A model generated the notes under the pieces. It made no database searches. It was not told the origin of the DNA and saw only the letters and a list, made by a program, of their open reading frames with translations. A program made the position numbers and the translations under genes. A stretch of DNA of 5,462 nucleotides, from contig JBLWGC010000080.1 of assembly GCA_048772705.1 (NCBI GenBank), forward strand, positions 1-5,462. The letters run 5' to 3'. Source of the DNA: Leidyana gryllorum EB-2025a. Lineage: Eukaryota > Protista > Apicomplexa. This document shows positions 5,385 to 5,462 of this stretch, piece by piece (position 1 is the stretch's first letter; the number at the start of each line of letters is the position of its first letter).

Positions 5385-5462
5385 GTTACAGACTTCTGGG
5401 AGGGTTTCCTACCTGGTACGCAGTAGTCGGCCGCCCCGCTGAGTGCCGGTGCCGGGGCTACA

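Larger units (their letters stand above)
1..5462 (+). mobile_element. Ty3/Gypsy (Metaviridae) LTR retrotransposon, chromovirus type; internal region plus 3' LTR
   Basis: Order is PBS-like TGG, gag with CCHC, then PR-RT-RH-IN (integrase after RT/RH, the Ty3/Gypsy order), chromodomain, PPT and a TG...CA terminal segment. There are no in-frame stops in gag or pol. Confidence 0.97.
4453..5462 (+). repeat. 3' LTR, 1010 bp, TGTAG...CTACA
   Basis: Starts with TG directly after the PPT. The window ends in CA, giving a 5-bp terminal inverted repeat TGTAG/CTACA. The second LTR copy is not in the window, so the right boundary is inferred. Confidence 0.8.

Noticed and set aside
4555-5442. Plus-strand ORFs in the LTR (4555..4893, 4835..5107, 4932..5135, 5257..5442) as env-like or accessory genes
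   Set aside because: They are short and mostly Arg/Gly-rich, with no signal peptide or transmembrane segment, and are largely antisense shadows of the Gag-like ORF.

Overview
The window holds one apparently intact Ty3/Gypsy (Metaviridae) chromovirus-type LTR retrotransposon, shown as internal region plus 3' LTR. It contains a putative PBS (3..20), gag (7..1029, CCHC knuckle), and a -1 ribosomal frameshift signal (G GAU UUU plus stem/pseudoknot, 936..1002). The frameshift leads into pol (PR-RT-RNaseH-IN-chromodomain, ending at 4457), followed by a PPT (4439..4452) and a ~1010-bp TGTAG...CTACA LTR (4453..5462). The LTR is the unusual part. On the minus strand it encodes a second, truncated Gag of 184 aa (capsid N-terminal domain only, 27/76 aa identical to the element's own Gag). 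This is followed by an out-of-frame reverse-transcriptase remnant (TPRLVCDYRALNERTVK) that is not in the ORF track. The two LTR ends are diverged inverted copies of one hairpin module, so the LTR looks like a composite, possibly bidirectional, unit carrying a captured piece of a sister element. It is a candidate Gag-based interference/copy-number-control or antisense system. The 5' LTR is outside the window, so the LTR extent is inferred, and the host cannot be determined.
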